Shown here piece after piece: positions 42,443 through 55,370 of a stretch of DNA of 64,000 bases. The number at the start of each line of letters is the position of its first letter. Position 1 is the first letter of the stretch. The DNA is taken from NCBI RefSeq assembly GCF_009914755.1, contig NC_060935.1; one strand, 5' to 3'. This DNA is from the human T2T-CHM13v2.0 reference genome, Homo sapiens. The notes below the pieces were generated by a model that saw only the letters and a list, made by a program, of their open reading frames with translations, had not been told where the DNA came from and did not search any database. A program made the position numbers and the translations under genes.

Positions 42443-45400
42443 TTCTAGGAGGATCACCTGGCTGCTGGGTAGAGAGCGGCCAGGGGACTAGCCATCCTGC
42501 TGGTAAGAAGGAGGGACAGGTTCAGGGTGTGAGGAAGAGTTAGGGGGCAGATTAGCCTGCTTGGTGAGGGATACAGAATAGGGAGTGGGGAGGCAGGAGT
42601 CTAGGATGATGCTGGGGCTCCTTGGTGGGTGGGGTGTCCAGTGGGAGACCAGAGGGCGGTGGGCAGGGTGTGAAAATCATGTGGGAACCTGCTGAATTTG
42701 AGACTGGGGATCATTGGAGGACCCAATTGGAGGATTCATACAGTCAGTCGGTTTTGGGTCTGGAGCTCAGAGGAGAGGATAGGGCTGGGGCCAAGGACCC
42801 TGGGAGTCTGAGTTTGGAGGGATGGCCACTGAAGCCTCAGAGAGGACATCACTGTCCAGGGAGACTGAGCAGAGGGCAGGAAGATGGCTGGCCGGTGGCC
42901 TGTTCAGCCAACCATGTTTCGGTGGAGGTGGGGAGGTGCTGCTGGAGCTGCCTCATGCCCAGGACCGCCTTGGCCTGGCTCCTGATGGACCTTGGATGTG
43001 GAGGCAGAGAGTGTTGACTTGCCTCACACAGTCCGGCAGTGGCCAGGGCAGAATTTCAACCCCAGCTCGCTGATGGCAGAGCTTTAAAGTTCGTCTCTGG
43101 ATTGCTGGAAATGGGCCACAACACACTTCTAGCTTGGGGCCCCCATGGTTCCCACAAATTGGGTCACAGCCACCATCCACACGTAGTTCTTAATCATTCT
43201 ATGATGCCATCTTTGTTCCCTGGCCCCACTCTTGTATTCATTCCAAAATAGCAGGAGCGTCTCTGGGTGCTTTGCCTTGTTCCGCCACTGGAGATGCCAG
43301 TGGAGAGCTCATGGCTCCTGCTGTCATGTTGCTTGCAGTGCCTCTTTAATAGGCACTGATTTAGCACCTATGGTGTGCAGGGTTTTGGGCTTTGTGCATA
43401 GATTGGAGCAAAGGTGGGGAGTCAGTGCCCAGGTGAGTATGATGACCCTGCCCTCAGGAAACTTGCAGCTCTGGGGAGGGCAGGCAGCCCAGCAGCAGAC
43501 GGGGAGCCCATGCTAGGCTGGCATGACCCAAGATGAAAGTCTGTGAAGGACAGCAAAGGAGAAAAGAGCGCCCCAGATTCTACCCCATCTCACAACTCTG
43601 TGTCCATGTGAGTGTTTCTTCCTGTGTGCAATATCATCCTGGGGAGACCACTGGATCATATATGCTGTCTTTTTGCTCATTTTATTAGTTGTCACCTTAA
43701 TACACAGACTTTATAATGTTGATTCCAAAAGACTGCATCACATTTCATCTGCTGATGGCCACGATGGAACCAGCCCCCTGGTGCTGGGTGACGCAGGTGT
43801 TTTCAGTTGTTTGCTGTGATGAGGAATGAACATCCTGTGTGTAACAGTTCTTCTCCAAACAATGTGGGATTGTTTCCTCGAAGCAGTTTCCCAAAAGTCG
43901 AACAACTGGATCCCAGAGTTCTTGCAATGTATCAGCATGAAGATGTTTAAACAGATCAAACATGTTATAACCGCAAGTGGGGTTGTCCCTCGGGGCTCAT
44001 TTCTTTGGTTGGATTCAGTTTTCGTTGGAGATGACCCCCGTATGGAGGTGGTCAGGAAGGGAATTCTGACCCAAAGAACAAACCCAGCCCAACCCCATGT
44101 TCACCCAGAGCCAGGTGGTGGGGGTAGAGCGAGGGCCTGAGAGGGATGCTGGGTCTGGCTCATCCCCACCCCACCGTTTCAGCCAGCACCGTCTTCCCAG
44201 AGGACCTGACATCCTAGCCCAGACTCTGGTGTAGGTGGGGACACAGGAAGTTGATTGGAAAAGTGGACTAACTTAGAGATTTCCAAGGCAAAAATCCAGA
44301 GAGCCCTGGGACACCTGTGGTTAATTCATTCAGCATTTGTCAAGTACCTATTAGGCACCACACATGTTGATCAAAACAGATATGATCCCACCCATATGGA
44401 TTAACTGACTCCAAGGGGAGGCCACCGCGGGCCGCATAACCCAAAGGTAAAATTACAGTGATACGGAACCACAGCCAGGAGGGACTCCGAGAGCCCATAG
44501 CAGGGCGGTTTGGCTTGGTCCCAGAGGTCAGAGAAGGCTTGCAGAGGAGACCATGCTACTGCTTTGGGAGCTGCGCTATTGAAGGAGGAGATAAAGGTGG
44601 GAGGTGGGGGGAATGAAGGGAAATGATACTGGTTGGAGGGAAAGGAGGCTTTACAGAGCCTTCAGGCCACAGATGAGAATTTGGGCCCCTTCTCCTAAGG
44701 ACCAGGGGAAGCTATTAAAGGGCTTTGAGCTGGGAAGAGTGACCAGACCAGATTTGTAATTCAGAGGTCAGCTTTGCTGTCATTACCTGGTGGAGAGTGG
44801 CTGGTAGAGGAACCAGAGGGAAATGGGGAACCCACTTAGGGTTGAGCGGCCAGTCAACAGGTGTCCTGAGAACTCACTGGGAGCCAGCTTCGTTCTCAGC
44901 ACTTAGAGGGCTGCAAAGAGGCAGGCTGGATCCCTGGACCACACGTGCCCTCTGTCACAAGAGAGGCTTGTGGGGCATTGTGGCCAGGACCCAAGGTCAA
45001 TCAGCTGGCATCCTTACCTCCTCACCACAGCACAGCCAGGAACACAAAGGCCCAAGAATGACATCCGAACAGCCAATGCCTGGCTCAGATTTGGCCTTGC
45101 TCAGCTAAAGCCTCAGCACTTTACCACTTAACCTTTGCTTTACATACACTTCTAACTCAGCCTACTACGGAGCTGAAATAGTCCGTTAGAAAGGGCAGGA
45201 CTGTGGTTGGTGGAAATGTGACCCAGCAAGGCAGGGGAAAAGGGCCTGAAATCAACATCAGAACACAAAAGGCATGTTTGTTCAGGGCCATTTAGAAAAG
45301 TGCAGCTCAGGGTGGGGTGGGAGCAGGAGCTGGTATGGCGAGAACAGTGAGGAGCTGGCAGGGCAAAAGCAAGGACTGGGGCAGCAGAGTAGGAGGGATC

Positions 45401-47273
45401 AGGTGAATGCAGGAACAGGGCCTCAGGTAGAAAGGTCAGGGCGGTCTCCAGAGACCAAACTCACAGCTCAGAGCCACCAAACGTTAATATGGATGACGTC
45501 TCAAGGATCACAGCATCCAGGATAGACAAGCAGGTCTGATGGGTGGGCAGGGGCTGCTTCTACAGGAGACTGCTGAAACTTCCAGACCCAGAGGTGAGGG
45601 AGGCCGGCCTGCGGAGGGCCGTAGGATTCAGTTTGGAGGCCTCCTGGTGCTAAGGCTGCCATGAGCAGGGTGGATCAGGCGGGACAGGAGGGAACCGCCC
45701 TCTTTTCCCCTTCTTCCCCTCCCTTCTCCCCTCCATCTTTTCCTCCCTCCTCCTTTCCCTCCCTTCCCCACATTGACCTTCCATGAGCCTTCAGGGACCA
45801 AGTGTCTGTTTAGCCTTCTCTCCATAAAGGGACCCCCCAGGGTTTTAGCTGGGAGGCCAGAACATCTGGTGCCTGGAAAAGAGGAAAGGGCAGAGTCTTG
45901 GATGGGGGGTGACTTGCACAGGGTACTCTTTGACCAATCAGTCCCCCTTGATCCTTGGTAGTGACCTCCTACTCACACAAACTCCATTCTGCTAACCCTC
46001 ACCAGCCCTCTGAGGTGGGTGGGCAGGGATTGGTGGCTTCATCCTGTATGTGGGAAGCTGAAGCATAAGGCACCTTTATGTCTAAGCCTTAGTGTTCCTC
46101 ATCTGTAAAATGGGAAAAATGGAACAAACCCTCTCCCAAGGTTGTTGCAATGAGGATTAAGAGAGATGCATGGCATAAATGTTGGGGCCAAGATGGGGCA
46201 GCTTCAACGTGAAAGAGTCAGGATTTATTTCAGGCCTCCTGCTTCCAAGCCTGATATGGTGATCATTCTTCCATCCTGCCTTACTTATGAGAGGCACCTA
46301 AAAAGTCAGACAAAGCATCCCCCTTAACCCACCCCAGTAGAGCCAGGGATCAGGCATAGGCTCTCTGACCCCCAGCCCAGTATTCTTTCTAGCATTGCCC
46401 AATTAAAGCCCAGTGCCCTCAGCTGTACAGGAAGAATGCTGCTGTCCTTGCCCCACCCAGACCTATTGTCCAAGGAAGTGGGAATATCAGGTGATGTTGA
46501 GGGTGTAGAAGTGAACTGAGAAGCCTCTAACCCAGGTCTAAGCCAGACCCTGCAGGCCCTGCTCCAGCCTGCAGTTCGAGAGGAGCAGGTGGAGGCAGAG
46601 GCTGTCCTGTGACAGACATCTAGCAGGCTCATGCTGAGGACTCAGTGTATGCAGGATGAACTCGCCAGCTCTGCCCTCCAGGAGCAAGGGGAGGAAGGGG
46701 TCTTGATCACCTGCTGGGTACAGTATAGGGTCATCAATCAGGGTGCTGGATACAGGCCCCATCCACCTTTGGAGCAGCCAGGGGGTGGGAAGTGGGTGTT
46801 TCTGAGGGAGGGCTGGCCCTGTCTGCTGCACACACTACTGTACATCCAGGCAGATGGTGACATCAGCCACATGCAAGGGCTGGGAGGGCTTCCTGGAAGA
46901 ATGAGCTTAACTGAGCACTCTTCCAGCAAGCATGGTTTGAGAGTCTGCCACGTGCTCCCTCTGAGCACTGGGTTTGGCACTGGGGAGACACAGTGCCCAC
47001 GCAGACTACGCATGGAGCTGGAGGCCTTGCCTGCAGGCACAGGAACCTGCTGCTAGTGGAGAGCCTTGAGGGTTCCAAGTGGGGCGGGAGGGATGATGGC
47101 ATTTCTGGCAGTTTTGCCTGATAGTGGCAGGTGGAGTGGGATGGTGCAGGCATAGGGAGACTGAGGCAGACAGGCCAGTGGGGACATCTGGGAGGGCAGA
47201 GGCAGGAGCTGGACTAGGGCTTGGCAGTGAGGAAGCGGAGCCATGTGTGAGGAGACACAGATGTGTGCAGGGG

Positions 47274-47556
47274 GGCTGGGCACCATGGCTCACGCCTGCA
47301 ATCCCAGCACTTTGAGAAGCCGAGGCGAGCAGATCACCTGAGGTCAGGAGTTCAAGACTAGCCTGGCCAACATGGTGAAACCCTGTCTCTACTAAAAATA
47401 CAAAAATTAACCAGGTATGGTGATGCACACCTGCAATCCCAGCTACTCAAGAGGCTGAGGCAGGAGAATCACTTGAACCCAGGTGGCAGAGGCTGCGGTG
47501 AGCCAAGATCATGTCATTGCTCTCCAGCCTGGGTGACAGAGCGAAAGGCCGTCTCA

Positions 47557-47590
<34 letters not shown>
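47274..47590 (+). mobile_element. Alu (AluS-like) with A-to-(TA)n tail
   Basis: Full Alu. Confidence 0.93.
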
Positions 47591-48809
47591 TGTGCAGAGG
47601 TCACTGGCAGAGCAGGGGCATTTCAGGGCACCTCTGGGTCAGCGGTCCTGCAGCTCTCCCATGCCATCTGAGTACCAGGGGCTCCCTTTTGCACCACTGG
47701 CCTTCTCGGTGACCATCTGGGCAACCAGTGTGAATTGAACACTTACTTGGTGCTGGCCACTGGGTTTTTGTCCCTGAGCCTGAGATGCCACCCTGCCCTG
47801 GCCGGACGGAGGAGGGCTGCTCTGGCTTCTGGGCCAGGCCCTCCTCCCCACTTCCACCCCAGCTGGCCAGCCACACCCTCCCCATGGCCTGGGGAACCAC
47901 CACCCTTGGGCTGCAGGTCAGACGTGACCCTACAGGGCACCTTGTCCATCCAGCCCCCATTCCCCACCCCTCTGTGCAGTGCCCTCCAGGGGCCTCCAGG
48001 TTCTGTTTATGTCATTCCAAAGGGAGAGGAAGCTCATTACCACACAGCAGCCCTTCCAGCTCTGCTCTAAGGGCCCAAACACTGGCCTGCCCTTAGCTGT
48101 GGCTCTGGTGCCTCCTGCTTCCATAGGCCCTGCCTTCCTGGGTCCTGAAGGCTCAAGCCCTGGCTGCAGAAGGAGGCAGCCCAGATCAAACCCAGTTTGG
48201 ATGCAGCCTGGGCCCACAGAAGCCTCTCTGATGAGGTCGGGGGGCTGAGCCTATGGCAGTGCAAACCGAGTGTTCATTCTTAGGGTGTTTGGGAAGCCCC
48301 CCTTCATCTCCCACCTGGCACCCTGACTGGGGCACTGGCCCTTTAAAGCCAACCAAGGGCTGGCTTTTGGGGGGAAACATCCTAGATTTCTGCCATCTAC
48401 TTACAAGCCTGGGCCAGGGAGGGGGGGCCACTCAGCCCCCGACAGGGGCATTGGAAGGGCAGGTGGAGCCAGTGGCATTGATTGCAGTAACCTGATCCCG
48501 TGAGGGAGGCGGCCACAGCGGCAGCAGCGCAAGGGCCAGGCCAGCCGGGAGGAAGGTGCCTGCAGCTGAGGGCTGCGCTGGGAAGAGCTGGGGCTGGGAC
48601 CCGGGTCGGCAGCTGCAGCCTCCTCTCCTGGCCTGTCTATTTTTAATGAGCTCCCCAGGCTTCTGCAGCAGGCAGGACGCAGAAAGACAGGCCCAAGCGG
48701 TGGAGGCCAGAGGCCCCCAGCCCTGCCTTGAGCCCTGGCCCCCCCACCCTTCCGGGCATGAGAGGGCAGCCCTGGGGCCCCGCAGCCCCCCGGCCGGGCA
48801 GGGCTCTCC

Positions 48810-48880
48810 ATGCAGCTGGTGCTGAAGATGGATTCGAGCCCAGACAATGACAGCTGGTTGGAGGATCAATGGGAGCGCTG
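48810..48880 (+). CDS. MAPK8IP1: MAPK8IP1 alternative first coding exon
   Basis: MQLVLKMDSSPDNDSWLEDQWER(W), donor TG|gtaggg; 71 nt, same phase (2) as exon 1 so it joins exon 2 in frame; matches my recollection of the alternative N-terminus of rodent JIP1 splice variants. Confidence 0.8.
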
Positions 48881-50014
48881 GTAGGGGCTACCGGGGCTGG
48901 CGGGGGTGGAGACCGAGTTGGGGTGAGCTCCATCGAGCTCAGGGTCTCTGATCTGAATGAGGCGAGTGGCAGGGAGTCTGGGCCTCCTAGGTTCCCCTGG
49001 GGGCTAAGCCACCATCTCTCCTGGGTGACCTTGAACTAGTGGGTTTCCCTTGCTCTGTGCCTCAATTTCTTGGACTTATTTGGGAAAAGGCTCATACATT
49101 CTCCCCAACTTCCTAAATGTTCTACCCCCCCACCACCCCCCCAGCAAGCCAGGCAGAGTGCCCAGGACCTAGAGGTGAGCAAGAGACAGGCTGCCTTGCA
49201 GTGGCTGGCCCAGCCCTGCATTCTGAGGTGGGGACTCAGGGCTGGCCTAGGGAGAGGGGGGTTCTAGTGGAGCTGGTTAGTATTCTGGTGCCCTGGTGCT
49301 CTGAGCTGTCTCCCAAGGTTGTAACACCTCTGGTCCCACCTGGGGCTTCTCCTGACCCCATCTGTGCAGCCTCCTGTTCAGGGTCCTTACACTGGATAAG
49401 GAGAAGATGTTGTGGTTGAAGAGATGAGACCACCAAGTGCACAGCATGAGGCTGGAGTCCTTTCTGGAATAGGCTGAAACTACCCACACTGACACCAGAT
49501 TTTCCTTCGCTTGTTCCCTGGGCTCAAGGGGCATGAGTCTTCCTGAGCTGGGGCGTGGGGCACTCCTCTGAGGCTGCTGCCGGCGCCTCGGGTCTTGCTA
49601 CTGCAGGGATTGCACTGGGAGCTCCCCTACTCCAGGCTGCTCTTCTCAAGTCCACATTCTCCATGGTGAACTGGCCTTGGCACCTGCCTTGACCCTGGGA
49701 GGAGGCTCTGACCAGTTGGGCCTTCTAAGCACTGCCTGCTGGTTGGCAACAGAATGACAGCTTCCAGGGAGGAGCCAGAGTGACCTGGAGCCTCCTCTTC
49801 CACTGCCACCCTAGGAGGACTGCCTTTTGGCACAAGCCCCTCGCTCTTTCCCTGCCTGCTGACCACCCCCTGCATTGATACAGATGAACCCCAAATCCTG
49901 TCCTCTGGGGGCTGTGTTTGGCCTTCAAGAGGCTGCACCCTGGAAGAGGTAACAGGGAGATGTGAGCAGGCATAGTGCCCCTGAGTTGTAACTTTGGCTT
50001 CCTGTCCCCACCAG

Positions 50015-50120
50015 GCTCACCCATGACATCAGCCTGGAGGAGTTTGAGGATGAAGACCTCTCGGAGATCACTGATGAGTGTGGCATCAGCTTACAGTGCA
50101 AAGACACCCTGTCCTTACGG
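50015..50120 (+). CDS. MAPK8IP1: MAPK8IP1 exon 2
   Basis: cag|GCTC...CGG|gtaagg; [35 protein letters not shown]; 106 nt. Confidence 0.97.
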
Positions 50121-51719
50121 GTAAGGGCAAGCTCCCAGGAGCTCCTGAGTGGGGTGGCAGGAAGGCTAGGGACAGGGGTAAGGGTATCCCCATAGTGACA
50201 AAGGGGGTTTCAGGTCTGTGCTGGCACCCTCATGAAATGAAATGATGTGCAAGAAACATAGGTATACTGCTTGGCACGTCTTGAGTGTACAATCAGAATT
50301 TCATTTGGTATTATTATTATTATTACTGCTGTCGGGGACTAAGACAGGAAGTAGCTCCTTCAACTGCCCACGAGATGGGAGAGGCCAGGAAGTCTTGAGA
50401 CCTAGGGCAGTAACAATTAGGACCAGACTTAAGGGAGACTCAGGGCTACCCCTGAATCCTTTTGGGAGCAGCCCTGGCAGAGGGCCTGAGGCAGACAGGG
50501 TGGAGTCTGGTGGAATCTGCAGTGCTTTAGGGCAGGAAGAAACAGCCAAGGCACCCCTGGAATAGCTCCTGTGGCTGCTGGCTGCTATTACACCAGACAG
50601 ATGGCACCACGCGGCCTCCCAGACCCTCTCTGGCCTATAGTCCTAAAGGCCCCCACTGAGGGGTTTGCCCAGCATTGCTGCTGGTTTGGGCCCCTTGGCT
50701 TTGTCATAGGGAAGATGGCTCTCTCCTGTCCCTAAAGATCTGAATGCTGCCAGGAGGTCCCCAGCACCTGGGTAACTGGGGTCAGATGGGGATCCCAACT
50801 ATGTCTTTTCAGAACAGGAAGAAGGGGCCGGCTTGCCAGGAAATGGAGGACAGAGCACAGGGCTAGGTTTTAGAGCCCAGAGCTCCTCTGAGCCCCCAAG
50901 AGGGCGGGTAGCCAGATACGGTGTCAGGAGAGTGGTTACCATAGGAGCGTGAGGTGTGCCTTGGGGAGGGAGTACCTGTCTCTGTGTTGACCTCCTGCTA
51001 CTCCCAGAGACTCAGTAAGCTCTGCAAGAGGAAACCAAGGGGTGAGGATAATCCCCTAGTCCCCAGTACCCCAACCTTCCACTCTCTGGCCAGGCCAGGA
51101 AGAGGCAGAGGCCTCTAGATTTGGGGAATGGTCTCAGAGCCCTGACTTAGCTTCTCAGAGGTCAGGCACCTGTTCTGGACTCTCACCCTGCCCTCTCCCC
51201 CAGCTGCACCAGCAGAGCCTTGGAGAGGGTTGCCTCCGAGCTAGGCAGGGGCCCCAGGCACTACTGGCCAGAGGTGTGCCCCTAAGGGGCCTCAGACAAG
51301 CTCCAGCGGGCTTCACACACGTTCCAGTGAATACTCAGCTCTCTCAGAGGCTGGGAGGCAGTAGTGTTATCCCCACTCAACTGATGAGGGGGCCTGAAGG
51401 ATCAGGGGATCTGTCCAAGGTGCCAGGGAGTTGGCGGCAGAACTGGAGCTAGATGGGGCTCTGCATCCTCAAGGCAGGCTCGTGGAGGACCGATCTAGGG
51501 CTGGAGGGGCCCCGGGCCAGCTGGCTTAGGGCGCGGCTGCCACCGCCTTGGTTCCTGGCCCCCGCTCGCCCCTCCCCCTCGGCGTCTCCTTCCCATCCCT
51601 CTCAGGTCTCCGCCGTTCCTTGCTTGGCTGAGCCTCAGTTTTTCCAGTTTTCCTCAAGACCCCTTCAAATACTATTTCCCCAACCCCCATCCCTTGCCCA
51701 CCCCACCCCGAACTCCTTG

Positions 51720-52610
51720 GCGACCACTGAGTCCCCATAGCAACAGCGGTGACTTCACTCTGGGCTCGGCTTACAACCCCGGTGAGGTCACCGGCCGTTG
51801 CCAGGGGAACGGGAGGGCGCAAGGAGTCCGGGGTGGGGACTGTGGGGAGGTGCTGGCCGTCAGAGGCACGGCTGGATCGGGGAGGCGGCGGCCTCGCGCT
51901 TCCTCGCGGCGGACGGGCGAGAGCGCCCCAGTCTCCGGCGGCCCCTGCTCGGCTCCCCTCGTGCCCCCTTCGCGCCACAGAATGGACTCGCCCGGGCGGG
52001 GGGCGGTGCAAGCGGCCTCGGCCCCGCCCCGGCCCCGCCCCCTGACGCCCCTCCGTGCGCTGTGCAGCCCCCGCGCGCCGGGCTGCTCTCTGCGGGCGGC
52101 GGCGGCGCGGGGAGCCGGTTGCAGGCCGAGATGCTGCAGATGGACCTGATCGACGCGACGGGGGACACTCCCGGGGCCGAGGACGACGAGGAGGACGACG
52201 ACGAGGAGCGCGCGGCCCGGCGGCCGGGAGCGGGGCCGCCCAAGGCCGAGTCCGGCCAGGAGCCGGCGTCCCGCGGCCAGGGCCAGAGCCAAGGCCAGAG
52301 CCAGGGCCCGGGCAGCGGGGACACGTACCGGCCCAAGCGGCCCACCACGCTCAACCTCTTTCCGCAGGTGCCGCGGTCTCAGGTGAGGCGCCAACGTGGG
52401 GGGCGGCGCCCTGGGCCGCCGCGGAGATGTGAGGGGGAGCGCAGAGGGGCTGCAGCGGGAAGGGGCACCCACGGGTCCAGTGCCTGGGGACAGCGCCTGC
52501 ATAGGGGCCGCGGTGGCTCGCTCCCGGTGTTGGGATCCGAGGAGCGGGCAGAACCATCCTTACGAAGAGGGGGCTGAGTCCAGCTGGCCGGGCTTGGAGC
52601 CTTGAGGCGG
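51720..52610. promoter_or_regulatory. Intragenic CpG island spanning MAPK8IP1 exon 3
   Basis: Dense CpG; GC boxes at 52021-52042; two X-box-like motifs at 51731-51744 and 51797-51810. Confidence 0.75.
52068..52382 (+). CDS. MAPK8IP1: MAPK8IP1 exon 3 (JNK-binding D-motif [11 protein letters not shown] at 52329-52361)
   Basis: cag|CCC...CAG|gtgagg; 315 nt. Confidence 0.97.
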
Positions 52611-53909
52611 GATTGAAGGAGGGAAGGACTGGGGTTAGGAGAGGAGTAGGGAATTAAGAGAATGAGGCTTTGAGGGGTTCGAAGGGTTTGGAGCCTGGGA
52701 CCTCAGGCTGTGACAGGGTTTCTCCTTTAGGATATGGGGCTCCTGGTGAAAGTGGAGCAGGAGCAGGGCCTGGAGAAAAGGGCATCTGAAATGGTCATCG
52801 TGGGGGAGGCCGTGGGAGATCGTGGCGAGGTGGGGATGGGAAGCTCAGGGGCCACAGCCAGTTTAAGATCTGGGCAGCTGCGAATTCCCAGAAGGCAGGG
52901 GGGAGGAATGGGAGATGGAGCTGCTTGGCTAAGTTGGGGACCTAGGGCCCCTGGGAGGGTGGCTGGATGCCAAGGAGAGTTGAATAGGGTTGGGGGAGCT
53001 GGCTGTGGCCCTTTGTCTTCCAGGCCCATCGGGAGCGGTGCAGGCAAGGAGCTCCTGGGAGGTGGGGCAGCTGGGGCTGCGGGGAAAGGCTTGGTCCCTT
53101 TCCCAGGATCCTGTGAATGGCTTTTGGCAGCCCGGCTCAGGAACGTGAGGGCTTGGGAGAGAGCTCCCAGGGGAGGGAGCCTCCGTGGAGTGGAGGGAGC
53201 CCTGTGTGGGCATTGTGGGGAGGGGTCCCAGGGCTGAGAATGTAGAATGGGCAGCCCAGGAGATCCAGGAAGGAGGGCTGCTGACAACTGCATCTGTCAC
53301 TCCTCAGTCTCATGCCACTGTGGTGGGGGGTGCAGGAAAACTCTGTTATGGATTTGTCACTGGGATGATTCATCCTGGTCCCCCAGGCCAGCTGCTAGGG
53401 AGACCCTTCCTTGTGCTTTTTCCAGGCTCTACCAGAAGGTCCTCACCCCTTCTAGGCCATAACTTCCCAAGCTCCAGAGCAGAGAGTCACCTGTCTCTGA
53501 CTTGGGCTGGATTTGAGCATTTTCCAAGTAACCCTCAGTACCTGGGACTGGGGGTCTGACTGTGTCTCCAGAGAGCTCCTGCTTCTCTTCTCCCCTGCCT
53601 CCTCCCCCTCTTGCCACCACACACATTGGCCATCACCACCTTTGTTAAGGCTGATAAGAGCATCTCCCTGAGGGTTGGCCAGCTTCCCTGAGCAAGGCGG
53701 AGGGCCATCCAGAGCCGGCAAGCCTGGCTGTGACTTGCCACCCTTCCTGCCTGCTCCAGAGGAGAGTTACGAGTGAGGCCTTTGACAGTGGAGGCGGGGT
53801 GGACACAGCAAATGGCCCTAGGGATGGCCTGAGGGGGCAGGGCCGGGGCCTCCCTGTGCCGGGCACTGTTGACCACTTCCATCACAAGAGCCTTTTGTTC
53901 CCTGCACAG

Positions 53910-53991
53910 GACACACTGAATAATAATTCTCTGGGCAAAAAGCACAGTTGGCAGGATCGGGTGTCTCGATCATCCTCACCCCTGAAGACAG
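53910..53991 (+). CDS. MAPK8IP1: MAPK8IP1 exon 4
   Basis: cag|GAC...ACAG|gtaagt; [27 protein letters not shown]; 82 nt. Confidence 0.96.
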
Positions 53992-54301
53992 GTAAGTCAG
54001 GGCCCTCTTCCTTACCTGGACCTCCGCCTGCCCTGACTCAGTCCCCACTACAGAGAGCAAACCCTACAGTCTCCAAAGGGCTGAGTAGAGGTGAACTGCC
54101 CACCCACATCCCTGCACGAGCCCATCCAGGGGCTGAGATCAGTGGTGGCATGAGTGAGTTGACTGGCCCCAGAGCCTGCGAAGGGCCTGTTGCCCAGGGA
54201 GGCTTTGTCTTGGTTTCTGTGTCACCAAGCTGAGAGTGGCAGGTGCAGGTAGCTGGGAGTTGGGAGAGAGCCCCTGCCTTCATGACCTGCCTGCTCTCCA
54301 G

Positions 54302-55114
54302 GGGAGCAGACACCACCGCATGAACACATCTGCCTGAGCGATGAGCTGCCCCCCCAGAGCGGCCCCGCCCCCACCACAGATCGAGGCACCTCCACCGACA
54401 GCCCTTGCCGCCGCAGCACAGCCACCCAGATGGCACCTCCGGGTGGTCCCCCTGCTGCCCCGCCTGGGGGTCGGGGCCACTCGCATCGAGACCGAATCCA
54501 CTACCAGGCCGATGTGCGACTAGAGGCCACTGAGGAGATCTACCTGACCCCAGTGCAGAGGCCCCCAGACGCTGCAGAGCCCACCTCCGCCTTCCTGCCG
54601 CCCACTGAGAGCCGGATGTCAGTCAGCTCCGATCCAGACCCTGCCGCCTACCCCTCCACGGCAGGGCGGCCGCACCCCTCCATCAGTGAAGAGGAAGAGG
54701 GCTTCGACTGCCTGTCGTCCCCAGAGCGGGCTGAGCCCCCAGGCGGAGGGTGGCGGGGGAGCCTGGGGGAGCCGCCGCCACCTCCACGGGCCTCTCTGAG
54801 CTCGGACACCAGCGCCCTGTCCTATGACTCTGTCAAGTACACGCTGGTGGTAGATGAGCATGCACAGCTGGAGCTGGTGAGCCTGCGGCCGTGCTTCGGA
54901 GACTACAGTGACGAGAGTGACTCTGCCACCGTCTATGACAACTGTGCCTCCGTCTCCTCGCCCTATGAGTCGGCCATCGGAGAGGAATATGAGGAGGCCC
55001 CGCGGCCCCAGCCCCCTGCCTGCCTCTCCGAGGACTCCACGCCTGATGAACCCGACGTCCATTTCTCCAAGAAATTCCTGAACGTCTTCATGAGTGGCCG
55101 CTCCCGCTCCTCCA
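54302..55114 (+). CDS. MAPK8IP1: MAPK8IP1 exon 5
   Basis: cag|GG...TCCA|gtgagt; [15 protein letters not shown]...[17 protein letters not shown]; 813 nt. Confidence 0.96.
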
Positions 55115-55294
55115 GTGAGTCAGCAAGGGGAAGCAGTGGGGTGGGGGGGTCCCTAGCGGGGGCAGAGCCAAAATGCGAAGTGTTCTGGGAGGCGACCCCA
55201 GGCCCCATCTGGTTAGGACTGAGGCTTCTACCTGCCCCGCTAAACCTGGATCAGAGCTGCGACCCCCCATCCAGCCACACCACCTCACCTGCAG

Positions 55295-55370
55295 GTGCTG
55301 AGTCCTTCGGGCTGTTCTCCTGCATCATCAACGGGGAGGAGCAGGAGCAGACCCACCGGGCCATATTCAG
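55295..55370 (+). CDS. MAPK8IP1: MAPK8IP1 exon 6 (start of SH3)
   Basis: cag|GT...TTCAG|gtgaga; [24 protein letters not shown]; 76 nt. Confidence 0.96.

Noticed and set aside
45700-45770. Polypyrimidine tract with possible H-DNA
   Set aside because: Imperfect mirror symmetry; ordinary low-complexity sequence.
51526-52502. Several 150-250 aa antisense or off-frame ORFs over MAPK8IP1 exon 3 (likewise over exon 1)
   Set aside because: Stop codons are depleted in extremely GC-rich CpG islands; the true frame is accounted for.
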